This document shows, piece after piece, positions 34,301-47,032 of a stretch of 47,639 nt of DNA (position 1 is the stretch's first letter; every line of letters starts with the position of its first letter). Under the pieces are notes generated by a model. The model ran no database searches, was not told the origin of the DNA, and saw nothing but the letters and a program-made list of their open reading frames with translations. The stretch covers positions 1 through 47,639 of the forward strand of contig NW_014040491.1 of the NCBI RefSeq assembly GCF_001186125.1. Reading direction: 5' to 3'. Source of the DNA: Sphaeroforma arctica JP610. Lineage: Eukaryota. The translations under genes and the position numbers were made by a program.

Positions 34301-37300
34301 GAGGAACGTATTGCATCAACGGTTGAAAGTGTTGTACTTCCGGATATGAATCGCTACTTGATCAAAAAGGGCAAGGACGATTTCGATGAGCTAAGACCCG
34401 CAATTGCGCTCGCGACAGTAGGTTTGCTAAAGACCATGCCTAAGGCTATTCTGGTAAGAAAGTGTCTTTTTGTATGAAATGGTTCTGTTATTCGCTATTA
34501 TTCTATGACATCCAATTTTCTGTATGCTGCATCTACGAACTCTCAACAAAATAAGCTCGAATGATTTGTGTACTTCAGCTTTATTTTCCACGAACTCAAC
34601 ATATCGAACATCAACTCAACAGGAAAAGCATTTGCCGGGACTTATCACGCGTGTGTGTTCTGTGTTGCGATCGCGTGACGATGCCGTGCGTGATGAAACG
34701 AGAGAAGCGCTGATTGAAATTACATGTTCGCTTGGTCCTACATACCTGTCGTTTGTTCTGCGAGAACTGATGGCACAGCTGAAGTCAGGATACAAGCTGC
34801 ACATTCTGGGTTATACTACGCATGCGCTTGTTGATCACTTTGTTCAGGCATTCCCTGAAGTAGGCTCGGTGGACGATTCTGTGCAAGTAATCCTAGGTAA
34901 GTTTTTATGGAGTATGCCTCGTGCGTTAAGAATTATTCAAGCATTGCAGTTCGGCGCAAACAGTTTTTAGTAGTCTACGTATTATACAACATAGTCTTGT
35001 TGCTGCTCGGATGTTATTGGAAAGGGGTCTATATACAAATGAGCACAAATGATACCTGTTAAGTACAAATGATATCTATAAATTTAAATGATATATAAAT
35101 ACAAAGATATCAATTTCGATCGCATGTTGCAGTCAATGACATCTACGATGAATTTTTCTACTTCGCTTATACCTTAAATGCCAATGCACACAATATACAC
35201 CGCCCATGTATGCTCGCATAGCCCGTCTTTTGTGTGCATTCGTAAGATCGTGGTTGCTGTTCGTCTATTCCGCCTCTAAGAATCACACGTTGCATGATGC
35301 AGACATCATTGTGCCCGACATATTCGGACTAACGGGGCAAGAAAAAGAAGTCGTACAAATTCTCACAAAGATGAAGGAAGCCAAGGCCAAGCGCGGCCAC
35401 GACACCTTCGAACTCGTAGCAAGGAATGTCAGCTTCAAGTATGTCGGTGAATTCTTGTCCGACGAGTTTATCTAGACTTTGTCAGGTAGTTGATTCATTA
35501 TATATATATATATGCATATACATATGTGTATGTATGTATATGTATAAGTACAATTTTAGTATGAGTTTAGTTGTAAGTTTACTATATGGAAGCACGGGTA
35601 CTAACGTCAAAATGATCCTATTTTTCGTAGATACGTCAACGCTATGCTTCAACCCATCCGAGGTATCATGGCCAATACAGAATCGCTTAAGACAAGGAGA
35701 ATGATGGAGGAGGTCTTCAGGCGCATAGTGATCGGCTTGACAGCGAATGCTTCTGCCACAGTGCCGGAAGTGTTGATATTTGTTCATAACTTGCTTACTG
35801 AAAACGTTGGCCTATCCAAAATCGCCACGAAGGAGTCGGTGAAGGTATATCATTTTTGGGGAACAATGAATGGGCCTGTCTCAATTTAGCGCTCTCACTT
35901 CTCATATCTGTGTCCATTGTCCGACCATTGTCCCCGCAAGTACGCTGATATGTACGCTGGCTGTGGAATTTCGTTGCAACTATTTTCTCTATGGTCGACC
36001 GATGAACCCACCATTCAGTTTTTACTTTCTGCATCTCATGTGTACTTGATTCATGTTTGGAGCAGAAGAGCAGACGTGATGCAAATATGGTAATCAACAG
36101 AGAGAGAGGCAAAGTGTCGGATCGTAGCCACGAATACTATATGCAGACGAATGCCCATCTTCTCATAGAGCTCGGACTGCTGCTATTACACGCCAACTTG
36201 AAACGGTATGTGCGATGCCCCTACTTTAAATGTCTGAGTAGTCATTCCCGGGTGAACTTAAAAGCACAGTGCTGCTTTTGATTGATGACTGTAGCTCATT
36301 CATTATTTAGTTAATTCATGGTCCGTCTAGAGTATTTTCGCTGTTGTGTGGGTACACATGTGCAGATACAGCAGTATCACAAAATTCCTCCTCGATGACA
36401 CTGACACACGGCATTATCTCCGTTACATCCTCATATCCGCCAACATATACAGTGGCTTCGTCGACACCCGCAAAGTTCCAGAACACCAGCGCATGATGGA
36501 TCCGATCGTGGGTGTATTGGGTGACGCACTAAGATCAAAGTACGACAAGATAGTGATGTTGTCACTGAAATGCTTGTCTTACTGCTTCCGATTTGAGCTC
36601 CCCATATTGGAGACGAATGTGCCTCACATTGCGAATCGTTGCTTCAAGGTTCTCAATCGAGCGGGTGTGGGAGCTACCGGTGCTGAGCTGCATCAAGCGT
36701 GCTTCAAAATGCTAACGACGATTGTTCGAGATTACAAATCTTACGAGGTAGGTTTTTTCGTATTTGCGCATGCTATTTTTTTGTGGGTGGATGTCAATAT
36801 GTCGACTAATGTAGAAGTATTTTAGGTTTCCGAACTGGATCAGTAAATTTAAAGCACATGGGATTACATGCGAACTAACGAGAGAAGCAAAGGATATCAT
36901 ATCAGCTCCACGATCACTGTGCTTTGGTACAAAACGCAATGAAAATTAGAGAAAACATATATGTCTCTAAGAAGCAAATGAAAAATTTATATTAATGGAG
37001 ATTTGAGTGAGAGCTATCGCTTTTTAGTTGATACTGCATGGCACTCTTAGCTGGCAGAGGGTGAAAGCATTAAAATGTATTTCAGATAGCCTGTGGCCAT
37101 CGCGGAATCTGTGATAGCTCTCGCAGTATCCTACCATAATATTGAGCTTTTACCAGACAACTCGTTCACAATTTTTTGCTAGCTCTGAAATCGATTCATT
37201 TCTATGCTCACTAGATTCCGGTCCCACAATTGGAACATCTAGTCAGTTTGTGTACAACTGATCTGGAAGTATACGAGAAACAAGCTAGCACATACGCTAT

Positions 37301-39826
37301 GGTAAGGGCTATCGTAGCACGAAAGACGCTCCTACCAGGACTCTACACGCTTGTCGAGAAAATTGCGGTATGTTTATTGCTCTAAAACGTTATAGTTCGA
37401 TAATAGTATTGGATTTCGAGTGCTTGAAAATAAGCCATATTTCAGTGACTTTCAGCCAGTACTCGTGTCTTGTATGGCTATAACAAGGACATTGTAGCTG
37501 CACATCTGAAAGCAGTTGACATTTCACACAACATCAATCCGTAGGATATCATGGTTCGTGGAGATATTCCGTCGGTGCGTACCCACTGCACAGCGATCTT
37601 CACATCATTTATCCTGGACTATCCCCTGGGCCCTAAGCTGCTTAAGAAATGGGTTCTGTTCTGCATCACCAACTTGTCCTACGAATTTAAGCACGGTCGT
37701 GAGAGTGTACTCGAAGTCATCCATCAGGTACGCATAGGGATTCAATCATGATATTCAGTGTAAGCTATCTATGTCGATCGTGATTCACAGCCTTGCATGC
37801 AGTATCTCTTCCGAATCGTGTACGCTCACATATGATCCTATGAATGGAAGTAAGAGATCATATATTATGATACGAGCTTTTTTGGACCGGGGAGAAGCCA
37901 TTGTCATTCGCGCATATACCTATCAACGTCTCATTTTGCGCACTCCAGATGGTCGAAAGCTTTCCGGACGCCGCGCTGTCGGAGTACTCTCAATTGTTTT
38001 TCCTTCCTCTGGTGATGCGTTTGATCAACGATGACTCGTCCGAGTGTAAAGAAATGGCGTCTACGATCATCAAGAGACTAGTTCAGAGAGCTACGCCAGC
38101 GGAACGAGATATTCTATATAAAAAATTTGTACTTGTCTGGCTGAATGGGTACCAGGTTAGTCATTTAATGTTCTATTGTCAGTATTCTGGGTCGCCGTTT
38201 CACATTCCAAGTTTGTGCTTTTTCTAAATGATTATGCATCAATCGATAGTGTTGCTCTTTTGCTAGTTTCGTAGTAGTGTATGCTCGGTTCTGATATTCC
38301 TGTCTACTTTAGTAAGTCGTATGCGTCTATTGTGGTTTCAAGTACAAATTATTAGCAGCGCGTATCCTATATGTATGTCAGGCGGATTATTATATGTTAT
38401 ACGCAAATTGTCGTGCGGGCAATTTAGTAGACTATTGGTTACTTAATTTCTTCGGCTGAAAGAGTTTTAACGACCCTACTTTAACCAATATAACCGTTCA
38501 TTACCCTCTTAAACACAGAGCGATGCTCAAGCCGTGCTCGTGCGTTGTGGTTTGCAAGTAGCCGGTATATTCGCTGATGCCATGGGTAGTGATTTTACAC
38601 GGTACGCGGGCACCGCTTTGTCTGTGCTGAAGGTTATTATCAGCGATGCTACAACCGAAAGTGAGAGTGCTGTTGAAAGCATGCTTGGGGAGAGAGACTG
38701 GTTTGATACAAGTGACGATACGAAGCAAGAACGCTTCGAAGTGAACGATGTATCCGCGTGGCCAGTGCTGTATTATGCATTGACCACATTGCAGAAGATT
38801 ATTTCAGCTATTCCTGCTTTACTCAGTGAGAGCCCTGGTGTGGAGGCGCAAAGACAATCTCGAAAAGTCAGTGGCAAGAAGAAGAAAGGGAGCGGTGTAG
38901 AAACCGCCATTGATATTCACAGTGAAGTAGAGGCTATGTGGACTGACATATATGTGCACATGATTCATCCGCACTTGTGGGTGCGCTTAGTATCGTCGAG
39001 GTTAGTGGGAGCGTATGTTGCAGCACCCAGAAATGACCCTAGTATCGTTGCGAACCGTCTCTCGTGTACCATCAGCACATCAAGTCCTGCTCTGTTGGAT
39101 ACTGAACAGTCCGTGTGGAATATCGCTCGCACGAGCTGTAAGCAGTTAGAATCGAAGCATCTTACTAGCGTTATGGGCACGCAAGTGGTGAAAAACCTCT
39201 TCTATGTCACACGTGTGTTACTTTGTTTGCAAGAGGAGTCTGGTGCGAATGGGAGCAAGAGTTCGGCTACAAGCCGAAATATTAGAAATGTTTCAAACGG
39301 AGTAGCGAACGAAGAAGAGGACAGTGCAGGTACCACGACTATAGAGAGGCTGATTTGGATATGCAAACGTCTGGCGTACGTTGCACGTAATACGGTTGTG
39401 CATAATGAAGAGCTCTCCGCCTTAAGACGCAAATGTGTTTTTGAGTACTTTGCCGCGCTAGCGAGTGTTGCCTCCGTGAATACGTTGAAGCAATTGTTGA
39501 CTACGATAGTTTTGCCGATCGTGTCTGTATCAGAAGACCGGCGGGAAAGCGAAACTGTACGCGCACTCGCACAGGAGTTGTCAGAAATGATTAGTAAGAA
39601 GGTGGGTGCCACTGATTATCTTGCCGCGCATAGTACCGTAAGTCGTCACCAGAACAACTTACGCCAGGATAGAAGGAAGCGGCGAGCGTTGGAAACAGTC
39701 ATCAATCCTGCGAAACGACAGGAGAAGCGCGAAAGGACTAATGAACGAAGGAAAGAGAACAATAAGCGGAGTGTCGATCAGCACAGACCCAGTAAGGGGC
39801 GATCGAATAAGCGACAGAAAAGATAG
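21406..39826 (+). CDS. UTP20: Small subunit processome component 20 (UTP20/DRIM), HEAT-repeat protein, ~2,988 aa, 26 exons
   Basis: Motifs F.FQSFSEQI..., KWKELNCT.HF, ALSRDLRQEF, RNYAAESFGFLLRK, CLLTYK, FFTNIRHIQLHRRIRAL, GYKLHILGYT, KMKEAK, NLSYEFKHGRESVLE, HPHLWVR. Phase-consistent GT-AG exons: 21406-21752, 23450-23726, 23970-24678, 24899-25056, 25553-26291, 26624-26774, 27478-27733, 27957-29115, 29383-29577, 29735-29892, 30185-30485, 30727-31064, 31351-31716, 31972-32154, 32362-32583, 33763-33909, 34103-34453, 34623-34896, 35303-35438, 35631-35844, 36066-36205, 36453-36747, 37215-37367, 37545-37727, 37949-38155, 38519-39826 (sum 8967 nt). Confidence 0.93.
21951..22445. repeat. Compound (TA)n/(TG)n/(TATG)n microsatellite in UTP20 intron 1
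   Basis: About 490 bp of mostly alternating purine-pyrimidine sequence. Confidence 0.97.
26804..27305. repeat. 39-bp minisatellite, ~13 copies, in UTP20 intron 6
   Basis: gtggctatactgagactttctaagtgtgt... recurs at 26824, 26863, 26902, 26943, 26982, 27021, 27060, 27099, 27138, 27177, 27216, 27255 and 27294. Confidence 0.95.
32961..33212 (+). ncRNA. Candidate intronic structured RNA (unclassified) in UTP20 intron 15
   Basis: An ~30-bp closing stem (gatgtg..acaaccatcgccccggc pairing with gctggggctgatggttgt..cacatc) encloses three further stems with G-U pairs on the + strand. No known family recognised. Confidence 0.3.
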
Positions 39827-41469
39827 ATATAAACAAGCGTGACTTTGTAAGGCACTGATCTAATGAGCAAGTTGGATTAGACCCCAATGAATTGATGCGT
39901 ATATGAAAAGTAGCTGAATTTCATATTTGATAAGTTTGCAATAGCTAACTCTCATGGTGTGTGAGTGGAAGATTATGTGCAATGGGTCATGACGTCTCGT
40001 GTTCGAAAGCAAAGTCAAAAGGCCAACCTATTAGACCGCATCATGTGCGGATGGCCTCTTGCGGCCTTTTTTAGGCTAACTATTATTATGGAGGCTCAGA
40101 ATTGAATCGGTTTGCGTGCTCCAAAATACTCGTTTTCCACTATTGCAAAATTTGAATTTACGCACAACTATGTAGTTATCTAATCACCTGTATCTATCCT
40201 GCATAATAACATACGCTTCAACGTAGAGCTAATCAAGTAGTTCGATATGCAGCTAAAGGTAGGCTCAATATCCGATCAGCATGTGACAACCGCAATTAAA
40301 TTTTCTAAAATAGTCGACACTGACTTGATAATTTCGGTTCTGCTATGTTTCGGCCTTGTATCATTGCGCGACAAATCCTGATTCCGAAAGCACTAATTTC
40401 ATCTCGACTGATGCTCTCATTATTGAGACTATTGAATCGTACCACTTCAGGTATTCGATACTATATCCGGTGTACCTCTGAAAAGCTTGTCGATGAGGGC
40501 CTTGGAGGCTTGATGTGTTTTTTCTAGAAAACACAGTCACAGCAGTTGTATGTGCTGTCAACCCTTCGGAATATGGCAATACTGTAGGAATATGATCATA
40601 CTTTCAATGTTAAAACAATGCGGTAAACCGCTAGGTAATGTGCAACTATGAGTGAATCGGTACGTGTATGATAGAAAATGTAGATATGTAATTGTCATAG
40701 TTGTCTATGGAACACGTAACTGCAAACAAGTATTAGTAAGTGCCCGTTGTCTGAAAAGCTATGATTTCTATCAACTGGAATCCTTCAATCTCGGCCAAAA
40801 CTCGGTATTTGATTATGATATGTGATTTATTTCTGTGACGACATTCGGCGAGATAGGCTCTCCCTTCCATCCAATGTATGGGGAACGATATTGATGTCGA
40901 TTCGCAGATCCAAAGCTGTTCCGCGTGGACAAAACTCGTGAGATCTATTTTTTCCTTATCTTTGGAACTTTGAATCTAAATCCGGGAAAACGTTGTGTGG
41001 CGATTTCGATTTTTGCCCACATTATCCAAAAAAACGATATTTTAGGAATTTGCGCCCTTTGTGATTAGCATTGTATATTTTTCAGTTGATGGCCATGTGG
41101 TACTAGCTTCCAGCTTAGTACTAGTCTGCGAGTCTACCAACTTGTGATACTAGCATTTTTCTCAATATTCAGTGTGTTTTGCCTTGCAAATCATACACGT
41201 CATGTCGAAAGTTAACTGTGCAGAACCTGGGTTCAAGATTTATAAATACGACAAGATTTTGAATAAACGCAGTCTCGATCTTTCAACGAATGAAAATTTC
41301 TGTCATGAGGGTTATATGTTGGGATACAATGAAAGCTGTGGACTATAATAGATTATCATTGTATCCTACTCGAAAAGAAAATAGGGACAGTGAGCTATCA
41401 CATTTGAAGGCTGAAAACAATATAAATTTTGCACATTCGTTCGAGAAACTTGTGCATTTGTGGTATGAG

Positions 41470-41914
41470 TGCGAGACTGGCATAGCCCTGTTTATTTTAA
41501 AAGCCTGATCGTTTAGTAAAAACACAATTCTATGAGTCGTGATGCGTGGCTCGCGACGATTACCGAAACAAATTTCCGAACTATTTCTACATGATAGTAT
41601 CGAAGTGATAAAGTGTTCTGTATATCACCCTAGTGCGAGACTGACATAGCCCTGTTTATTTTAAAAGCCTGATCGTTTAGTAGAAAAACAATTCTATGAG
41701 TCGTGATGCGTGGCTCGCGACGATTACCGAAACAAATTTCCGAACTATTTCTACATGATAGTATCGAAGTGATAAAGTGTTCTGTATATCACCCTGGCCA
41801 ATCCAAGTGATTGAACACTAGCACAAACACCTTAGGCGTGAAACCATAGGTTATGCCATAAACAAAGACATACAATTGCAATTTCTTGAAAGTTCCCCGT
41901 CTTGCACTCTAACA
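41470..41914 (+). mobile_element. Solo/diverged LTR of the adjacent copia family with a 164-bp tandem duplication of its 5' part
   Basis: Starts TGCGAGACT and ends TTGCACTCTAACA. Shares blocks with the reverse complement of 42837-43286 (TGAGAGACT, ATCGAAGT, CCCTGGCCA, CTAGCACAAACACC, TTGCACTCTAACA). 41468-41631 and 41632-41795 differ at 3 of 164 positions. Confidence 0.75.
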
Positions 41915-42836
41915 ATAGACATCCCATATAACGATGGTAATACCGGGTGAAGTTTGAGCATAACGATTTGAGTACTAACAATGAAAGTCGCATGTTTGGT
42001 TCCATATATTAAGCTTTCGTGGGGACGAGAGTGAGACTAACGTGACTCTAGTTTAGTTTCTTCTTAGTAAACATGTATTAGTTGAGAAATACATGGTGCG
42101 AGAGGGACTAGTGTTCTGATGATACATCGTGGACAACGAAATAGATGCAACTACCAGAAAAAGTCGATTGACCTTGTGCGCTGAAAGGCTGTGTTCAAGC
42201 TTTGGACCTTTCAGTGGGGAGTGAAGCCTGTTGGCCCTGTAAGTTACATATGAACAGAGTTTGGCATGAATAAAGTGAAGTAGAATTACGGGTCTATTGT
42301 TTTGTAAATTTGAATATTGGGAGATAGGGCCAAAAAGAAGAAAGAGAAACGCAGGTTTAGACTAAGAGGAAATCGCTATTATTAATGGTAGTAGAGTTTT
42401 AGGATTTTAGGTAACGGATAGGGTGGTGGCAATAGATAGCGTGGTGATCAAGAATCAGATGGACATGTACTTCCTTGCCAAATATGCAATGGAACTTAAC
42501 AGAGAGCATTGGCCCTTGTGGTCGAGCTGCATATTTAGTTAGTAGGTCTTAAGTTAGGTTTGGGTGTGTAGAGATATAGCTTATTTTGATCATGCCTGTA
42601 TGAGAGCAATCGCGAACGTATCGTGCTCGGATTGGCTATTGATTTGTAGATGGGTGGGGTAAGGGGCAGTCGATGTCGAGGCACGTCATATTTGCGGAAG
42701 CCCATGGCTCTGAGAAGCATCCGATATCTGCCGGGGGTAATTTCACATTAAGAGAACCGGAATGTATACCAGAGCCGGGAGTATATTTTCAATGGTCTTG
42801 CGTGATGTCGAAAGTGTGCATCATACGGCCAATATA

Positions 42837-43286
42837 TGTTAGAGTGCAAAGTAGTAGACTTTAAAAAAGTGCAAATGTATGTATTTATTTCTGACCTCGC
42901 CTTTGGTTTTATACCTAGGGTGTTTGTGCTAGCGTTCAGCCGCTTGGGCTGGCCAGGGTAAAACTCATATGGTCAGTATGACTTCGATCCTTTTCTATTT
43001 CAAGTTCTCTGCAACTAAATCTCACGCTGATCACATGATGCCTTTCCGCATAGGTTGTGACTCGCATAGAACCGCAGCTATTATTAGAATGTTGCGGTTG
43101 ACAGGCTTAATGCGGTTGACAGGCGTAATCCACTCTCGGGAATCGATTGAGAAACTTAATCTGCTTTCGGAAGTCGGTTAAGTAATAACTCAACTCTTGG
43201 GAGTAATTTAAGCAAAACTCTGATGACTTCCATAAATCAAGATGGTTTCTTGCTGTAAAATCTGGCCTGAGACCTGTAGTCTCTCA
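42837..43286 (-). repeat. 3' LTR of Ty1/copia element (~450 bp)
   Basis: TG...CA termini on the minus strand, directly after the polypurine tract GAGGGGGAG (43287-43295). Contains TATAAAA and AATAAA near its 3' end. Confidence 0.8.
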
Positions 43287-43539
43287 CTCCCCCTCAATTT
43301 TACAGTCTAAAGGGCTGAAGTCTGAAGGCTGAAAATTGGAAACTGAAGACTAATGAAGGCTGAAGACTAAAGGCCTGGATTGTGGAATTGTTGACTCTGT
43401 AGATGGATTGGGCGATAAGCGTTGAACCAATGTATATTTGTCGAAGACGTTTACGAATTGGTGCTTTTAAGTATTGTCTCGATGAAAATTGTTGAAAACG
43501 TGGACTTTTCTGAAGAGTAGACGATCTCCTGTACATTGA

Positions 43540-44908
43540 CAGGCTTCACGACTGGCGTGGATAATCTTCTGTACGGGGACAGGCATCACAATTTCGCAGG
43601 TAAAAATACTCGAGATTTTCTTGAAAAATACATTTTGCTTACTGGATCGGTGTTGACTGTGGCGTGGATGCTAGGGGACAGCTCCCTTCTGTGTTGTAGC
43701 ATATTGTGAGTTTAACTTTGCTAGCGAAGCTACTGTCTGCACTCAGATAGGGAATACATGGTTCTTTGTTCGTGTATTCGAGTCCGAAGTCTTGAGTACC
43801 ACCGAGATACTTCAAACAGCGCTTGGCACCTCTGAAGTGGTGGTACTGAGGTGCTATCAGATAGCGGCTTAGGATCGAAACTGCAAAGCATATATCCACT
43901 CGTGATTGATCTACAAGGTATCGTAGCTGACCCACGAGCTTGTTGTACTGTGTGATTGTTGGGACGTCTGAACTTGACGCCTTTTCCGGGAGATATGCGT
44001 GTTTGTCTGTTACTTCATAGTCCGATTCTAGAATTGGCACCCAAGTTGGTTTACAGTCTATCAACCCCCATTCCTGCAATATTTCTCTTAGGTATTGTCG
44101 TTGATGGAGACGTACTTCCAGAGTGTATTTCCACTTGGCACTTGAGAAACCATAACGGTAGGCTCATATCAACAGTGTTCCATTCGCCTTTCATTGCGTC
44201 AGCTAGTTTCTGTCCGTCGGTCTTACTCTGACATGCTGCAGTTTTGTCATCTACCTGTATAATAATGAAACAAGGTCCACTGTGTGTTTGTTCGATGAAC
44301 AGTGCTCCATCCGATTGTGCTTGTTTATAACTGTGTTGTATAGCAAACCGATGGATAGCTATAAACCAGTAGTGTCCGCTAGATGGTAGACCGTATACGC
44401 AACGGTCAACTCGACATACGACCTTTGTGTCTCCTTGCTTGTGCTTTTCGTATAGTTTTCTCTGAGACGGGTCCAATAGATGTTTGATGAGATCGTATCC
44501 TAGCGGCACTCGCATGTAGCTAGGGGTATCCAGTTCTTGAGTGAGATAGGCCGAGGGTGTATCGTATTGTCGAATGTCCATGTCATAGTGTGCCGTTAGA
44601 GCTAGACAAATCCTGAGTGTTTCCTTGGCTACTACTGGGGCATAGCTTTCATCGTAATCGACTTCCTGTTTTGCATTGAATGCTCCTACGTTCAGACGTG
44701 ATTTGAGTCGTGTGACTTGTCCTGATTCATTTGTTTTGGCCTTGAAGACCCATCGAGGGGGGAATAATGATTTCTCTCGCGGTTTGTTGTCAACCAGAGT
44801 GAATGCCTTGCGCTGTATCACCAAGCTCTCCATCTCCGAACGAGCTGATTCCTCCCAATCGGCTGCGTTTGGCATCGCATATATACCTTTGCATGTTTTC
44901 GGTTCCAT
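43540..44908 (-). pseudogene. Copia reverse transcriptase and truncated RNase H
   Basis: RWVFKAK..RLKSRL, DYDESYAPVV, QYDTPSAYL, YGLPSSG, IIIQVDD (YVDD motif altered), LVGQLRYL..SRVDICFAVSILSRY, KRCLKYL.GT..GL.Y, ADSSFA. Frameshift near 44060 and a deletion within RNase H. Confidence 0.9.
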
Positions 44909-45349
44909 TGCTGCAGTTGCTGAATTGACAGTTTACGTAGTGCTAGGAGTTCGTCTCTTACGGCGGCTATCGTGATACCAGTCGACATTATTATCATCTA
45001 TCGCAAGGTCCCGCAGTTCTCGAGAGACTTGGCGACCTTTTGCCGTTTTTCTAGCTATGGTTGCTTCGACATCATGTTGTGTTTTAATAGTCGCTGCAGA
45101 AGCCTCCGACTCAACGGTATGTACTTCGCTCTCAGTAGGTTGTTGTGTTGACAATGAAGTTATTTGTAGTTGTTCTGAGTTGCTCTACTTGTGTGTCACA
45201 GTTGACTGGGCTTGTTGGCTAAGCATATCTTCCGTTGTCGATGTTGTCCTTGCGTCTGTTTGGAAATCGCCATTCTCGATTTGGAGGAATGTACTACTGT
45301 AGGTAGTGTCTGGTGGTGCGATAGCGGTTGTACATTTGTTGTCTTCCCA

Positions 45350-47032
45350 AATTCGAATCGTGACTACCGTACTCGTGTGGAACAGTGCAACAGAAACAAC
45401 AGCTACCAGTACCGCTACGATGATCAGGACCGACAGGACTACCGATTAGATAGGTAAAATCGACGCGACTACGACGATGGCAGATATTCACGAGATATCC
45501 AACGTTCACAAGACATTGACAGAACATACCGACCCCAGAGCAATCGACGCCAAGCTCACGAAGGCAGACAGGACAAAGCAATGTCAGTACAAGTATCTGA
45601 TGACCAGCTATCTGCAAACAGACAGATTGCATTCTCCACAATTAACCTTACAATCGACAACATGGAGGTGAATGATCAGTTAGGTAGATATTCCAGAGGT
45701 GGATACGGACTAGCTTGTAGTAGATGCGCCACCATACACGTACTTCCCTATAAGTACCACAAACATCATCTCGTCAGCAACATGCGCATTAATAACCGGT
45801 ATGCGCTCGAAGTAGCTGATGGTGCTATCATTTATCCGAAGTATGTGGCTCAGCTAGGAAACTTGGGGAACGTACTCATTGATATAACCTTCAAAACTGC
45901 ACTACTAGATATCAGCCTACTCGGCGCGACACTACTCATTTAAACTCACCGACAACATGATGTACATATTACTACCAAGCTTTGGAACCATAACAGTACA
46001 TGAAAAGCACAGAATATACTGTGTGCACATCGACGACATAGCTATGACTACAGTAGAACCATCACAGGAGAAAGCCAACCAGATTTCATGGCACAACAGG
46101 CTCGCGCACCCCAGCTACGTCCCAAAAGAGTTACCCTATATAAGGCAACCGAAGGAACGATACAAAGCATAAACGAGTGCTAAGAAGAAGAACTAGAATA
46201 CAAACAAGGAACGACAGCACGAACCTGCTACAGAGCCTCTCAAGTTAGTCTTCGTGGACATAATAGGACCGTTCGTAGCGTCAATAGGATCCAACACCCA
46301 CTCTGTATCAATCATAAACGACTTTCATAGCATGGCCAAAGAGTATCCGATCCGCGATCTGAAAGCGACAACAATTCTGGATGCTATATTACACACCTTC
46401 GATGAATAGTACATCATAACTCATCGCCGAGTCCAGTGCATACAAATGGATCGAGGCTCACAGTTTACAGCAAACGTAACGAGACGCATGCTTGCGTATT
46501 TGGGATACTGCTCGAGGTACGCACCTACGGCCACGCCACAATACCATGTCAAGGTAGAGAGACTATATGGTACACTGGTCCCTAGAATGCCTGCACAACT
46601 GAAGTATGCACGTCTACCGACTACTATGTGGGCTGAATCACTGATTCAAACTGCCAACATATACAATGCTATACCAACTAACGAGAAGAGCTCATCCCCA
46701 TACGAGAAGTTTACAGGATACGCATTTCCGATAGATATATTCAGAACATTCGGGTGCCACATCGCATACAAGAACCGTGATCCAGACGGTAAACTCGACG
46801 ATAAAGCACTGGATGGCGTTCTTCTTGCGCAACCCTTGGACACAACACCGGACTCGTATCGTATATACTCGCCTCTGACCAAGCGTATAATACAAAGCCG
46901 AGACGTCTATATATTCGAAGATGAATTTTTTGTCTGGGAAGTCAACAAATGTACAACCGCTATCGCATCACCAGACAAGACCAACAGTAGTACATTCCTC
47001 CAAATCGAGAATGGCGATTTCCAAACCGACGC
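45350..47032 (+). pseudogene. Inverted copia segment: gag C-terminus, protease, GAG-pre-integrase zinc finger, integrase core
   Basis: Degenerate protease (CATIHVLP, VADG), WHNRLAHPS, EPLKLVFVDIIGP, MDRGSQF, PQYHVKVERL, MWAE, SPYEKFTG, FGC, KLDDKA, YRIY, SRDVYIFE. In-frame stops present. Confidence 0.9.

Noticed and set aside
45305..45345. VWWCDSGCTFVV on + strand as the copia protease active site
   Set aside because: It is the antisense reading of the post-integrase repeat. The real, degenerate protease site (..CATIHVLP) is near 45710-45750.
12702..46172. RIP-like CpA-to-TpA hypermutation (Cys-to-Tyr changes, TAR stops in the EGF gene and copia)
   Set aside because: Too few events, and these are ordinary transitions. 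The duplicated carrier exon and the 164-bp duplication show no directional C-to-T bias.
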